Source of the DNA: Bacteroidales bacterium UBA6117
Lineage (GTDB): Bacteria > Bacteroidota > Bacteroidia > Bacteroidales > VadinHA17
Reading direction: 5' to 3'
DNA: 64,000 nucleotides
NCBI GenBank assembly: GCA_002428385.1
Contig: DIWB01000066.1
Span: 21,499-85,498, forward strand
The position numbers and the translations under genes are program-made. The notes beneath the pieces are model-generated. The model had not been told where the DNA came from and made no database searches. It worked only from the letters and a program-made list of their open reading frames with translations. Below are positions 48,323-58,772 of this stretch, in pieces; within the stretch, counting starts at the first letter, position 1, and each line of letters opens with the position of its first letter.

Positions 48323-48610
48323 TTATTTCTTAACGTGTGACTTAACTTTGGTGATAAACGATTTTGCCGGCTTGAAGGAAGGAATATTGTGAGCTGGGAT
48401 TATGATAGTGGTATTCTTGGAGATATTCCTTGCTGTTTTCTTAGCTCTTTTCTTTACAATAAAGCTGCCAAATCCTCTCAGGTACACATTGTTACCGCTT
48501 ACCATGGAATGCTTTATCGTATCCATAAAGGCCTCAACAGTTTTCTGAACTGTTACCTTCTCAATACCAGTGTTCTTGGCAATTTCATTAACGATGTCTG
48601 CTTTAGTCAT
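48323..48610 (-). CDS. hup: HU-family DNA-binding protein
   Basis: 95 aa. MTKADIVNEIA...GFGSF.VKKRA.K.ARN signature. Confidence 0.9.
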   Translation of the reverse strand: MTKADIVNEIAKNTGIEKVTVQKTVEAFMDTIKHSMVSGNNVYLRGFGSFIVKKRAKKTARNISKNTTIIIPAHNIPSFKPAKSFITKVKSHVKK

Positions 48611-48667
48611 TTTCGTGAAGTTTAAAATTCAACAAATTATTTTGAGTATACTTTTTTTTCAACCCTG

Positions 48668-48675
48668 CAAATATA
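48668..48675 (-). promoter_or_regulatory. -7 box TATATTTG upstream of the HU gene
   Basis: Plus strand reads caaatata. 57 nt before the ATG at 48610. Confidence 0.35.
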
Positions 48676-48943
48676 AAAATATTATTTATTTATATTGAAT
48701 TAGTTAAAGAATAATTTTTTTCCTGAAATAATAAAATTGCCTAAAATACAATGAAATAGAAAAACCAGCCGTTCAGGTTTCCCTCTTTCGCGGTTGCCTG
48801 AAGGCTGATTGGCGGTCAAATTCCGGCCTGAGGTAAGGTGTTGAAAACATGTATATTCTGCATAAACCTTCACACTGGTTCCGATAAGCTATTTTTTATT
48901 AACTTTACGTTTTGGATATTTCTGAAATCAAAACCATAACTAT

Positions 48944-49408
48944 ATGTCAATCAACAAGGTTATTTTAGTGGGAAATGTTGGCAAAGACCCTGTTGTCCGG
49001 TATTTCGACAAGGGTGCAGCCAAAGCAACATTCCCTCTGGCCACAAGTGAATCCTACACCAATCAGCAGGGAGAAACTATTACCACCACAGAATGGCACA
49101 ATATAGTCCTCTGGCGTGCAATGGCCGAAGTAGCGGAAAAAACAGTCAAAAAGGGATCTCAGCTCTATATCGTTGGAAAAATCAAGACGCGTTCATACGT
49201 CGACAAGGAAGGGAACAACAAATACATCACCGAGATTCTCGCCGACACTTTCCTGGTTCTGGATAAGAAACCGACTGCACCAGGCAGCACCGGGACAAGC
49301 AATGAACCAGTCAGGAGCGAAACACCAGACAAGGATAACGATATTCCTGAAGTGAACGATCCGGCTGCAGGCTACCAGGCATCCGGCGATGATGATCTCC
49401 CTTTCTAG
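48944..49408 (+). CDS. ssb: single-stranded DNA-binding protein
   Basis: MSINKVILVGNVGKDP OB-fold start and acidic tip DDDLPF. Confidence 0.95.
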   Translation: MSINKVILVGNVGKDPVVRYFDKGAAKATFPLATSESYTNQQGETITTTEWHNIVLWRAMAEVAEKTVKKGSQLYIVGKIKTRSYVDKEGNNKYITEILADTFLVLDKKPTAPGSTGTSNEPVRSETPDKDNDIPEVNDPAAGYQASGDDDLPF

Positions 49409-49432
49409 CAGTCTGTTTTAAAGAATCTGGAA

Positions 49433-50776
49433 TTGGAAGCGGATATTTCTTTTTCATCTGTCGCATACATAACAGGCATGGCCGCCGGTCATCTTGATAT
49501 TAAGCTGATCGTTGGTTTTTTGATCCTGGCTCTTCTCCTTTTCATATCGGCGCTGATGTCGGGATCTGAAGTGGCTTTCTTCTCTCTTCGTCCGGAAGAC
49601 ATCGAACAACTCAGGTCAGACAAGTCCAGAAAGGCTGCAATGGTCCTGAAACTTCACGACTCACCCGACACTCTCCTCAGTACAATACTCGTTGCCAACA
49701 ACACGGTGAACATTGCAATTGTACTTCTGGCAGCCTTCCTGAGTTCAATGCTCTTTGACTTCAGCGCTTACCCAGTTCTGGGTTTCATTATAGAAGTAGT
49801 AGTAATTACCTTCATCCTCCTTCTTTTCGGTGAGGTGATCCCCAAGGTGTTTGCTACAAGGAAACAACTGCCGATGTCGCTTTTCATGGCATTCCCCCTG
49901 TCCTTTCTTTTAAAACTGTTCAGGCCCTTAACCGCTCTCCTTATCTTTTCAACTTCATTTGTGAAGAAAAGGGCAGGACACAGGCATGCAAATATTAGTA
50001 TGGACGACCTGTCGGAGGCTCTTACGCTTGCCTCGGACGATATAAATGAGGATGAAAAAATTCTCAAGGGGATAGTCAATTTCGGGAATATAAATGTAAG
50101 CGAGATTATGTGCCCGAGAATCGATGTGACTGCCATTAATATAAAGGCAGGCTTCAACAAGGTAAAATCCACCATCATCGAATCAGGCTTTTCAAGGATC
50201 CCGGTATATGCAGGATCGTTCGATTCAGTAAAAGGGATACTCTACGCAAAGGATATTCTTCCCTATATCAATAACCCCGACAGTTTCAAGTGGCAGTCGC
50301 TGATGAGGCCCGTGCATTTCGTTCCCGAAACGAAGAAAATAAATGAACTCCTCAAGGAATTCCAGATAAGAAAGATACATATGGCGGTTGTTATCGACGA
50401 GTACGGCGGTACTTCCGGGATCATTACTCTCGAGGACGTACTGGAGGAGATTGTAGGTGAAATCACCGATGAAAGCGACGAGGATGAAACAATGTACCGG
50501 AAAATAGACGATCGCACCTATGTTTTCGAAGGGAAAATACTTCTTAATGACTTTTTCAAGATAATCGACGTCGCAGGCGATCCTTTTGAGGATGTCAGGG
50601 GCGAATCGGAGACTCTTGCCGGACTTCTGCTTGAGCTTACAGGTGAGATCCCTCAGAAGGGGCAGGTTATTACATACAAAAATTTTAATTTCAGGATCGA
50701 GTCTGCTGACAAGAGAAGGATAAAGGAGATTCGCGTGGAAATAACTGACGATTATGGTAAAACAAATAAAGAGTAG
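49433..50776 (+). CDS. gldE: gliding motility-associated protein GldE (CNNM/CorC-type, TM + CBS pair + CorC_HlyC)
   Basis: SGSEVAFFSL DUF21 start, CBS pair, C-terminal transporter-associated domain. ssb-gldE-gldD order as in Flavobacterium. Start is TTG at 49433, with the ATG at 49478 as an alternative. Confidence 0.8.
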   Translation: MEADISFSSVAYITGMAAGHLDIKLIVGFLILALLLFISALMSGSEVAFFSLRPEDIEQLRSDKSRKAAMVLKLHDSPDTLLSTILVANNTVNIAIVLLAAFLSSMLFDFSAYPVLGFIIEVVVITFILLLFGEVIPKVFATRKQLPMSLFMAFPLSFLLKLFRPLTALLIFSTSFVKKRAGHRHANISMDDLSEALTLASDDINEDEKILKGIVNFGNINVSEIMCPRIDVTAINIKAGFNKVKSTIIESGFSRIPVYAGSFDSVKGILYAKDILPYINNPDSFKWQSLMRPVHFVPETKKINELLKEFQIRKIHMAVVIDEYGGTSGIITLEDVLEEIVGEITDESDEDETMYRKIDDRTYVFEGKILLNDFFKIIDVAGDPFEDVRGESETLAGLLLELTGEIPQKGQVITYKNFNFRIESADKRRIKEIRVEITDDYGKTNKE

Positions 50777-51365
50777 TACTGCTTTACTCTTGATTCTGAC
50801 ATTGCTGGCCGGCATTTCAGGCTGCAGTAAGGCTCCTGTCCCGAAACCGCGGGGCTATTTCAGAATCGATCTCCCCGCTAAGGAATATGTCACTTTCAAT
50901 AATCCGGCAGAATCCGCAAACCTGCCGTTAACATTCGAATACCCCCGGTACGGAGTTATTTCGGATAAGATTGAAAACGCTCCTGAGCCGGGCTGGTTCA
51001 ACATAGAATTTCCAGGCTACAAGGCCAGCCTCCACCTTACATACAAGGATATTCACGGTGATCTTGAAGAACTCGTAGAACAAACCTATACCATGAATGT
51101 CAAAAACCACATAACAAAAGCCGATGCCATTAATGAACAGGTAATAACTGATCCGGAAAAGCGGATTTTCGGGATCTTTTATGACCTCAAGGGCAATACG
51201 GCTACCGCCGTTCAGTTTTACGTAACTGACAGCGCTGATCATTATCTCAGGGGATCACTCTATTTTGAAGCAGAACCAAATGCCGATTCCCTGACCCCTG
51301 TGATCGATTTCTTCAGGGAAGATGTTTTCCATCTGATTGAAACCCTGGAGTGGAAAAAGAAGTAA
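50754..51365 (+). CDS. gldD: gliding motility lipoprotein GldD
   Basis: Lipobox LLAGISGC followed by PKPRGYFRIDLP, the typical GldD N-terminus. Overlaps gldE by 23 nt. Confidence 0.7.
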   Translation: MVKQIKSSTALLLILTLLAGISGCSKAPVPKPRGYFRIDLPAKEYVTFNNPAESANLPLTFEYPRYGVISDKIENAPEPGWFNIEFPGYKASLHLTYKDIHGDLEELVEQTYTMNVKNHITKADAINEQVITDPEKRIFGIFYDLKGNTATAVQFYVTDSADHYLRGSLYFEAEPNADSLTPVIDFFREDVFHLIETLEWKKK

Positions 51366-51380
51366 ACTCTCTGACGACTG

Positions 51381-52028
51381 ATGGGATGTATTTCTAAGCA
51401 TTACCTGAATGAGTACACAATACTGGGTGTATGGAAAATTGAGGAGGACATCGAAACTCTGCTCGGTATGGTCGATCTTGATATTATTGACAAAAAGAAA
51501 TACAAGGGTTTTGCAAGCACATCAAGAAAACTTGAATTTCTCAGTGTCAGGGCACTGCTGGCCGAATTGCTGGGCAAGGATGCAAGAATTGTCTACAACA
51601 AGAATAATAAGCCCTTTCTCAGGGACGGTTCCCGGTTCATAAGCATCTCCCATTCAAACAAACTCACCGCCATACTGCTTAGTTCCAATGAGAAGGTAGG
51701 TATTGATCTTGAATACATGAGCACCAACATCAGCCGTATAGCTTTCAAATTCATAAACAGGAAAGAGAAAATTACAAGGGATCCTGACAAGCGCGTTTAT
51801 CATCTTTACCTTCACTGGTGCGCGAAGGAAGCTCTTTACAAGATCTGCGACAAGGAGGGAATAAGCATTAAGAAGAACATTACCATCGAACCTTTCGATG
51901 TAAAGGAATCGGGTGAGATACAAGGCAGTGTGAAGACAAAAAAGATAAATGACTCATTCGACCTCTTCTATACGAGATATGACAATTACACAATAGTCTG
52001 GACCAAAAAGAATTATGATAAAAGATAA
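51381..52028 (+). CDS. 4'-phosphopantetheinyl transferase superfamily protein
   Basis: VGIDLEYM and WCAKEALYK motifs. Confidence 0.75.
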   Translation: MGCISKHYLNEYTILGVWKIEEDIETLLGMVDLDIIDKKKYKGFASTSRKLEFLSVRALLAELLGKDARIVYNKNNKPFLRDGSRFISISHSNKLTAILLSSNEKVGIDLEYMSTNISRIAFKFINRKEKITRDPDKRVYHLYLHWCAKEALYKICDKEGISIKKNITIEPFDVKESGEIQGSVKTKKINDSFDLFYTRYDNYTIVWTKKNYDKR

Positions 52029-52743
52029 TTTCCCTGGTAAAAAAAGCTTAGCCCTTCTTCTCGATCCTGACAAGACTTCGGGAAAGGACCTTAAGAGGAT
52101 ACTGAAGATAGCATCCGGATCGCGGACAGACTATATTCTGGTTGGAGGAAGCCTTACTTTCAACAGTATAGATGATCTCATAGAATCTGTCAGAAGCCAG
52201 TGCAGCATTCCGATTGTCCTTTTCCCGGGAAACCTCCTCCAGCTGAGCCTTAAAGCTGATGCCATCCTGCTGCTTTCCCTCATCTCCGGGAGAAATCCCG
52301 AACTTCTTATAGGGAATCACGTCATTGCAGCTCCTTTCCTGAGAAGCGTGAAGGAGAAGCTGATTTCAGTAGGTTATATCCTGGTGGGATGCGGAAAGAA
52401 AACCTCGGTTGAGTATATAAGCCAGACCGAAGCCATTCCGGCCGATAAAACCGATCTTGTTGTAGCCACTGCAATGGCCGGGGAGATGCTTGGCTTAAAA
52501 ATGATTTACCTCGAAGCAGGCAGCGGCGCCACGAATCCCATCCCTGCGGAAATAATCAGTGCTGTAAGGGAAAATGTAGCTGTACCGATCGCCGTCGGAG
52601 GCGGAATAAAAACCCGGGGTGAAATAGCTGAAGCCTTCAGCGCCGGAGCCAACCTTATAATCCTGGGTAACGGTTGTGAGAAGAATCCCAGTCTGCTTGA
52701 GGAAGCGTGTGCCGAAAGAGATGCCGCAAGGCAATCTATCTGA
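52015..52743 (+). CDS. geranylgeranylglyceryl/heptaprenylglyceryl phosphate synthase family protein
   Basis: 242 aa. LVGGS, IVLFPGN, IYLEAGSGA and AVGGGI motifs of the PcrB/GGGPS TIM-barrel family. Confidence 0.8.
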   Translation: MIKDNFPGKKSLALLLDPDKTSGKDLKRILKIASGSRTDYILVGGSLTFNSIDDLIESVRSQCSIPIVLFPGNLLQLSLKADAILLLSLISGRNPELLIGNHVIAAPFLRSVKEKLISVGYILVGCGKKTSVEYISQTEAIPADKTDLVVATAMAGEMLGLKMIYLEAGSGATNPIPAEIISAVRENVAVPIAVGGGIKTRGEIAEAFSAGANLIILGNGCEKNPSLLEEACAERDAARQSI

Positions 52744-54409
52744 ACAGTTCAGGCATAGGCTCGCCGGTGCATGCGTTGGGATATGGTATCCTGCATAATG
52801 ATGAGAGCGTTGCTGCAACATCGGTCAGATTCACCTTCCGCATAACAGTCGACCTGTTAACCGTCCAGCCATACCATATTAAAGGAACATGACAATCATA
52901 TTCATAGGGTGAATTGTGACTGGTAAGATGATCGTCATCCACCTCGACCCAGCCCGGATGAAGGGTGACAATGACATCGCCCGAACGCTGGGGACTGAAG
53001 TTGTTTATTATTCTTTTCAGATGACCATTACCGAAATCATTTGCTTCAAACGCATAATAGGGATAAGCTGATGCCACGCCCGTGAACTGTGTCAGGAACC
53101 GCGCTGTCTTCTTCTGGATATCCTCTATCGGCATCCGTGCATCCTCGATAAGAGTTCTGTTCAGGAAGATCTGCCGCTCCGAAAAACCCCTTACCCAGTC
53201 GCCCTCACCGTAAACTGCATTAAGATAACTCCTGAGAAGCTGAAGAGCCTGGTTCTGTTTGAAGTAGCCCGAAGGGATCCTGTTATCGGTCATGACAGGG
53301 GGTACCTCTGCCACTCCATGTGCAGCTGTAAAATAGATAAGAACGTTCCGTTTACCCAGATTGTCATTTAAATAATTCATCAGAGTCTCGATGTTCCTGT
53401 CGAGCCTCAGAATCGCGTCAGCTGTCTCCACCGACGAAGGACCAAACCTGTGCCCAATATAGTCGGTCGACGAATAGCAGATCGAAAGAAAATCCGGAAC
53501 ATCATCCTTCCCCATCCCCTCCTGTTCAATCAGCTTAATCGCAAAATCAGTTGTCAGGGCATCGGCAAACGGAGTTTCCCTCAGGAAGGCATAGTTACGG
53601 ACTGCATTTCTCCCCGACGATGGTTTGCTGAGCTTGTTTAAGTCATATGGAAAATAGTTCAGTCCGTTAAACCCTTTCTCAAACTTATTAGAATCGGGAA
53701 GGCAGGTCGAATAAGCATCTGCTTCCTTTGAAAGCATCCACGAAGAGTTAAGATAAGTTTCCTGATGCTTCATTGCATTGAAATCGTTGACCCATGAAGG
53801 AAGTGAATTCAGGTAATAAGTCGACGACATCCAGCCTCCCGTGGTATTGTCGTACCAGAAGGCCCCGTCGGCTGAATGGCCCGCCGTAAGAATAGCTGCC
53901 TGCTCCTTTATCCCTACCGAAAAAACCTTCGACCGCTTACCTGTGGCTATCTTGAGCTCATCGGCAAATGTCGATGCATTAAGATTTAAGGGTGAATGAA
54001 GACCCGACTCATAGCTTCCTCCGACAGGGTTGACACTGACATCCTTTGTACAGTAAACAAAATCATTCTTCAGCGGAACATACCAGTTATCCGACGTAAT
54101 TCCATGATAGGCTGGTTCAGTGCCGGTTGCAACCGTCGAAAAACCTGGTGCCGACTGTGTCAGCATGTAATCATAAGCGGCATTTCTGAAAAAAGTGCCC
54201 TCGTTGATCATTCTCTTTATTCCGTTTTCCGAAAACCTGTCCCTCAGGCGTTCAATCTGATCAAACCTGAGTTGTTCAACAACAATCCCGATAATCAATG
54301 CCGGCTTATCAGGCGGAAGATAAGCCCCCTGCCCCGAAAGCCCAAGAAAACCGCACAATAAGACAAATACCGATATTACCTTCTTTCCTGTCATTTCTCT
54401 CCTCTTCAT
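52736..54409 (-). CDS. alkaline phosphatase / nucleotide pyrophosphatase family protein, secreted
   Basis: Signal peptide from the ATG at 54409 (MKRREMTGKKVISVFVLL). Metal-site-like STDYIGHRFGP and AAHG motifs. Confidence 0.7.
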   Translation of the reverse strand: MKRREMTGKKVISVFVLLCGFLGLSGQGAYLPPDKPALIIGIVVEQLRFDQIERLRDRFSENGIKRMINEGTFFRNAAYDYMLTQSAPGFSTVATGTEPAYHGITSDNWYVPLKNDFVYCTKDVSVNPVGGSYESGLHSPLNLNASTFADELKIATGKRSKVFSVGIKEQAAILTAGHSADGAFWYDNTTGGWMSSTYYLNSLPSWVNDFNAMKHQETYLNSSWMLSKEADAYSTCLPDSNKFEKGFNGLNYFPYDLNKLSKPSSGRNAVRNYAFLRETPFADALTTDFAIKLIEQEGMGKDDVPDFLSICYSSTDYIGHRFGPSSVETADAILRLDRNIETLMNYLNDNLGKRNVLIYFTAAHGVAEVPPVMTDNRIPSGYFKQNQALQLLRSYLNAVYGEGDWVRGFSERQIFLNRTLIEDARMPIEDIQKKTARFLTQFTGVASAYPYYAFEANDFGNGHLKRIINNFSPQRSGDVIVTLHPGWVEVDDDHLTSHNSPYEYDCHVPLIWYGWTVNRSTVMRKVNLTDVAATLSSLCRIPYPNACTGEPMPELFR

Positions 54410-54471
54410 TTTGAAAACTCCAAAAATAATCTTTTCATGATACGAAAGCAAAACAAGAGCCAAAACCAGTG

Positions 54472-56172
54472 TTATAACAATGTTATAACATACTTTCCGG
54501 TGCCCGAAAGCCTCTTCGTCCTGCTTGTAAATACAATAATATATTCACCCGGCCCCAGATTGCTTAAATCCAGCCTCAGGGGTTCTCCCTCCAAAGCATC
54601 AATCTCATAATCTGAGAGCAGCTTTCCGGTTGTCCCAAAAACCTTTACATTCAATGAACCCGTCAGACCCTCAGGCAAAAGGACATTCACCTCACCATGG
54701 CCCGGATTCGGATATAAGAATGGAGCAAGTCTCTTTGTCGTGTCAGGCGGTTTCACCAGGGGTATCAGGGCGATATCGATATCCGTCCGTTCACCGGGTA
54801 TAACGTTTACATTTCTTATAATGGTATCCCTGAATCCTCCGGCCGTTATTTTCAGGTCATAAATTCCGGGTGAGATGAGCCGGGTGAAAACACCCGATGC
54901 AGTGTCGCTGATTACATGTGAATTATCCCTGTCGTGGCCTTCTGTAACGATCGCGGCGGGCACAGGTTTGCCGTCGTAAAAGCCGGTAATCCTGCCCCAG
55001 ATCCCGAACAATGCATTTTCGAGATAACCAAGCATCGACCGGTAGTTATATTCCCAGAGATCATCAAGTTCAGAAACGGGGGTAATGTAATCCTCATCGA
55101 GTTCGACAGTGAGTTCCCGGCCATACAGACTGTAAGTGACATAATCCTGCCTTCCTCCGAGGATGGAGTACCATTCCCAGCCTCTGGTGACGCCATTGTC
55201 GAGATAATCCATATAACCCTGAGGGGCATGAAGATGAACGGTATCTGCCCATTCCCTGCTCACAGTGTAAAACCAGTCATCGTCGGCATGCTCATACGGC
55301 CACCTGTCCCACGGGTAGTTGATCACCTCCTCTCCTGAATGGAAATTTGCCGACAGAACAAAGCGGTGTTGCGACATAAATCTTATCATATCAATGGTCT
55401 CCTTCTGGAGTGTAACCTGCGGCGCTTCCGGATCGGGGAAATTACGGTTGAGATCGTACCCGGCAGCATTGAATCGCACCGGAGAACTTATTACATCACC
55501 GTTCCTGTAGGTCCCGTCGGGATTTGCCAGAGGATTTATCCAGATCTCAAGATTGTCAACAAGGTTCTTCACCCGGCTGTCGGTGGTATAATTCCGGAGA
55601 AGAAAATCTGAAAGCCTGAGCATCATTATAATACCTCCTGTTTCGTCACCATGGATTGACGAAGAATAGAATACTTCAGGTTCTGACTCATCGGTCCGGC
55701 AGTTATCCGATATCTTAAGTGCGAGAATAGTCTTTCCGCTGATTGATGTACCAATCGTGTCGAGCCGGCATAATGAAGGATACAGTGAGGCAAATGAGCG
55801 CATAACTGAATCAAACTGCGACAAAGTGGGATAAACATCCCATTCCATTGCCCGGGCCATGCTGACTGCATGCATCTCGCCCTTAACAGCCGGTTCCTCA
55901 TTTAACCGGTAACTTCGTCCTTCAGAAATGAAGTTGCGGACTGTAAGGGGAGACAGTAGCAGATTAACCTCTTTGTCGTTTACTGACCGTATAGAATAAC
56001 TGCGCGATAAATTGCGGATGTCGCTAATACCGGCTGTTGCTGTAACAACTTCAGCCTGCCCTCTTTCAGCGACAGCTTTCAGAAGCTTTACATTATCCGG
56101 TATGATTTGTGAATGGCTCCAGCCCGTCAGGAGTGAAAGCAGGATTATCGGTATCAGTGATTTCTTTGACAT
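54472..56172 (-). CDS. M14-family zinc carboxypeptidase with T9SS C-terminal sorting domain
   Basis: SIHGDETGG (HxxE zinc site), a carboxypeptidase-regulatory-like beta-sandwich, and a C-terminal ~80-aa Por-secretion-tail-like segment (LYPNPGHGEVNV...YIIVF...KYVITLL). Confidence 0.8.
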   Translation of the reverse strand: MSKKSLIPIILLSLLTGWSHSQIIPDNVKLLKAVAERGQAEVVTATAGISDIRNLSRSYSIRSVNDKEVNLLLSPLTVRNFISEGRSYRLNEEPAVKGEMHAVSMARAMEWDVYPTLSQFDSVMRSFASLYPSLCRLDTIGTSISGKTILALKISDNCRTDESEPEVFYSSSIHGDETGGIIMMLRLSDFLLRNYTTDSRVKNLVDNLEIWINPLANPDGTYRNGDVISSPVRFNAAGYDLNRNFPDPEAPQVTLQKETIDMIRFMSQHRFVLSANFHSGEEVINYPWDRWPYEHADDDWFYTVSREWADTVHLHAPQGYMDYLDNGVTRGWEWYSILGGRQDYVTYSLYGRELTVELDEDYITPVSELDDLWEYNYRSMLGYLENALFGIWGRITGFYDGKPVPAAIVTEGHDRDNSHVISDTASGVFTRLISPGIYDLKITAGGFRDTIIRNVNVIPGERTDIDIALIPLVKPPDTTKRLAPFLYPNPGHGEVNVLLPEGLTGSLNVKVFGTTGKLLSDYEIDALEGEPLRLDLSNLGPGEYIIVFTSRTKRLSGTGKYVITLL

Positions 56173-56180
56173 TCACAAGT

Positions 56181-57278
56181 TTAAACATTGAACCTGATAT
56201 GAAGTATATCCCCGTCCCCGACAATATAGTTTTTCCCCTCAACATAAAACTTCCCGGCTTCCTTGCAGGCATGTTCCGAACCCAGGGTAACAAAATCGTG
56301 GTACTTCATCACCTCAGCCCTGATAAAACCACGTTCGAGGTCGCTGTGGATAACTCCGGACGCCTGTGGTGCCGTCATTCCCTTCTTTATGGTCCATGCC
56401 CGTATCTCCTTGGGTCCGACCGTGAAAAAGGTCTGGAGATTGAGCATCATGTATGCGGCCCTTACCATCTTGTCGACACCCGGCTCATCGAGCCCTGCAT
56501 CATTCAGAAATTCAAGCCTGTCGGCCTCATTTTCAAGTTCGGCTATTTCCGCCTCAACCGCACCCGCGATCACAATCACTTCTGCACCGGTTCCCTTAAG
56601 GGCTTCCCTTACCATCTCAACATATTTATTACCTGAGACAACCGATTTTGCATCCACGTTGCAGACATACATAACGGGTTTCATGGTGAGCAGAAAGATG
56701 TCGTCGACATATTTCCTGTCTTCATCCTTTACTTCAAGAGTGCGTGCATTCTGAAAATTCCCGATGTGCTCCCTGTACCTTTCAAGCGCCTCCACCCCCT
56801 GCCGGGCATCCTTATCGCCGGTCTTTACAAGCCTTTCCAGACGCTGAAGCTTCTTTTCGACCGATTCCAGGTCCTTAACCTGCAGTTCAAAATCGATAGT
56901 CTCCATATCCCTTACGGGATCAACAGAGCCATCTATATGAGGAAGCGCTTCATCGTCAAAACATCTCAGGACATGGATCAGGGCGTCTGTATTGCGGATG
57001 TCGCCGAGAAACTTATTACCCACACCCTCCCCCTTGTTTGAACCGCGGGTAAGTCCGGGAATGTCAACGATCTCGACAGTTGTATGAACTATCTTCTCCG
57101 TGACCTGATGCTTTTCCAGTTCATACAGCCTCGGGTCGGGCACCTGTATCACTCCCATGTTCGATTTTGTGGCGCTGAAGGCAAACGCGTTGGTCTCGCC
57201 TTTTGTATTTGAGATACAGTTGAAGATCGTTGTCTTGCCGGTATTGGTGATGCCTATTATGCCGCATTGGAGAGCCAT
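56181..57278 (-). CDS. ychF: redox-regulated ATPase YchF
   Basis: GIIGITNTGKTTIFN P-loop and C-terminal TGS region (...IHSDLERGFIRAEV). Confidence 0.95.
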   Translation of the reverse strand: MALQCGIIGITNTGKTTIFNCISNTKGETNAFAFSATKSNMGVIQVPDPRLYELEKHQVTEKIVHTTVEIVDIPGLTRGSNKGEGVGNKFLGDIRNTDALIHVLRCFDDEALPHIDGSVDPVRDMETIDFELQVKDLESVEKKLQRLERLVKTGDKDARQGVEALERYREHIGNFQNARTLEVKDEDRKYVDDIFLLTMKPVMYVCNVDAKSVVSGNKYVEMVREALKGTGAEVIVIAGAVEAEIAELENEADRLEFLNDAGLDEPGVDKMVRAAYMMLNLQTFFTVGPKEIRAWTIKKGMTAPQASGVIHSDLERGFIRAEVMKYHDFVTLGSEHACKEAGKFYVEGKNYIVGDGDILHIRFNV

Positions 57279-57317
57279 CGGTTATTATTTTATGTTACAA
57301 TTTCAGATTTAAGAATA

Positions 57318-58682
57318 CTATTTACTTGTCACCAGAATCTCCAGCACTTCATCCACGCTCATTTTTTTCTGTTCTCCGGTCGACATTGTCTTCAGGGTTA
57401 CCTGGTTGTTTTTAATTTCCTCCTCACCAGCCAGTATTATGAACGGTATCTTCCTTGAATCGGCATACGCCATTTGCTTTTTCAGTTTGGCAGTATCGGG
57501 ATAGACTTCGGCGCTTATCCCGTTCTCAATCAGCCTGCTTCTTACCTTCAGGGCATATCCGGTTTCATACTCGCCGAAATTGACTATCATCACTTTTGTC
57601 TGCACAACATCCCTGGTAATGAACAGGTTCAGCTGGGTCATTACATCATATATCCTGTCGGCTCCGAACGATACGCCCACTCCCGAGACTCCCTCCATGC
57701 CGAAAACTCCCGTAAGGTTATCATAGCGCCCTCCGCCGCATATGCTTCCTATGCTTGCATCCCGGGACTTGACTTCAATGATGGCCCCGGTGTAATAGTT
57801 CAGTCCCCTTGCCAGTGTCAGGTCAAGTTCAGTTTCTGCAGTAAGGGTTGTACTCCCTATGTACGAAAACAGCTTTCTCATCTCCTCAATTCCCTTAATC
57901 CCTGCCTCTGAGGCAGAGAGGACCGTTTCGAGCTCCGACAGCTTTTCCTCAGTGTTTCCCTTAAGCTTCAGAATGGGCTGCAGCCTGTCAATGGCAGCAG
58001 GAGATACACCCTTACCCTTTAGCTCTTCATTTACAGCGTCTATCCCGATCTTTTCAAGTTTATCTATTGCAACCGTTATATCGGTGATCCTTCCCGATTC
58101 GCCGATTATCTCTGCAATGCCTGACAGTATCTTCCTGTTGTTTATTTTTATTACGATGGCTATCCCAAGATCCCTGAAAATATCATCTATGATCCTTATC
58201 AACTCATATTCATTCAGCAGGGAATCGCTTCCGATAACATCAGCGTCGCACTGGGTGAATTCACGGTATCTTCCCTTCTGGGGCCTGTCGGCTCTCCAGA
58301 CCGGTTGTATCTGGTACCTCTTGAACGGAAAGAAGATTTCATCACGATGCTGAACCACATAACGTGCGAATGGCACAGTGAGGTCGTACCTAAGTCCCCG
58401 TTCGCATATGTTTAATGATAGTTTATTTACCTCTCTTCCAAGAAGTTCCTCGTCGCTGACGCCTGAAAGGAAGTCGCCTGAATTAAGGATCCTGAACAGG
58501 AGCTTGTCACCCTCCTCCCCGTATTTTCCAAGAAGGGTCGACAGGTTTTCCATTGCAGGAGTCTCTATCGGCTGGTAACCGTAGTACCTGAAAACCTTTT
58601 TGATCGTCTCAAAAATGCTTTCCCGTTTCATCATCTCTTCCGGTGAAAAGTCGCGGGTTCCTTTTGGTATAGAGGGCTTCAT
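57318..58682 (-). CDS. hisS: histidine--tRNA ligase
   Basis: PKGTRDF start, class-II motifs (FRYE-type [17 protein letters not shown]). The ORF-track N-terminal extension to 58796 (GTG, HDLHDL...) is read-through of a 9-bp DNA repeat, so the ATG at 58682 is used. Confidence 0.95.
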   Translation of the reverse strand: MKPSIPKGTRDFSPEEMMKRESIFETIKKVFRYYGYQPIETPAMENLSTLLGKYGEEGDKLLFRILNSGDFLSGVSDEELLGREVNKLSLNICERGLRYDLTVPFARYVVQHRDEIFFPFKRYQIQPVWRADRPQKGRYREFTQCDADVIGSDSLLNEYELIRIIDDIFRDLGIAIVIKINNRKILSGIAEIIGESGRITDITVAIDKLEKIGIDAVNEELKGKGVSPAAIDRLQPILKLKGNTEEKLSELETVLSASEAGIKGIEEMRKLFSYIGSTTLTAETELDLTLARGLNYYTGAIIEVKSRDASIGSICGGGRYDNLTGVFGMEGVSGVGVSFGADRIYDVMTQLNLFITRDVVQTKVMIVNFGEYETGYALKVRSRLIENGISAEVYPDTAKLKKQMAYADSRKIPFIILAGEEEIKNNQVTLKTMSTGEQKKMSVDEVLEILVTSK

Positions 58683-58699
58683 GATTTTAAGATAAAAGG

Positions 58700-58707
58700 C
58701 AAAATTA
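58700..58707 (-). promoter_or_regulatory. -7 box TAATTTTG upstream of hisS
   Basis: Plus strand reads caaaatta. 17 nt before the ATG at 58682. Lies inside direct-repeat copy 1. Confidence 0.45.
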
Positions 58708-58724
58708 GGAAAAAAAAGGGGAAA

Positions 58725-58772
58725 GTCATGCAGGTCGTGCAGGTCGTGCAAGTCGTGCAAGTCGTGCAAGTC
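58725..58772. repeat. 9-bp tandem repeat, 5.3 units (GTCATGCAG GTCGTGCAG GTCGTGCAA x3 GTC)
   Basis: Read directly from the sequence. Responsible for the HDLHDLHDL artefact in the ORF track. Confidence 0.95.
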
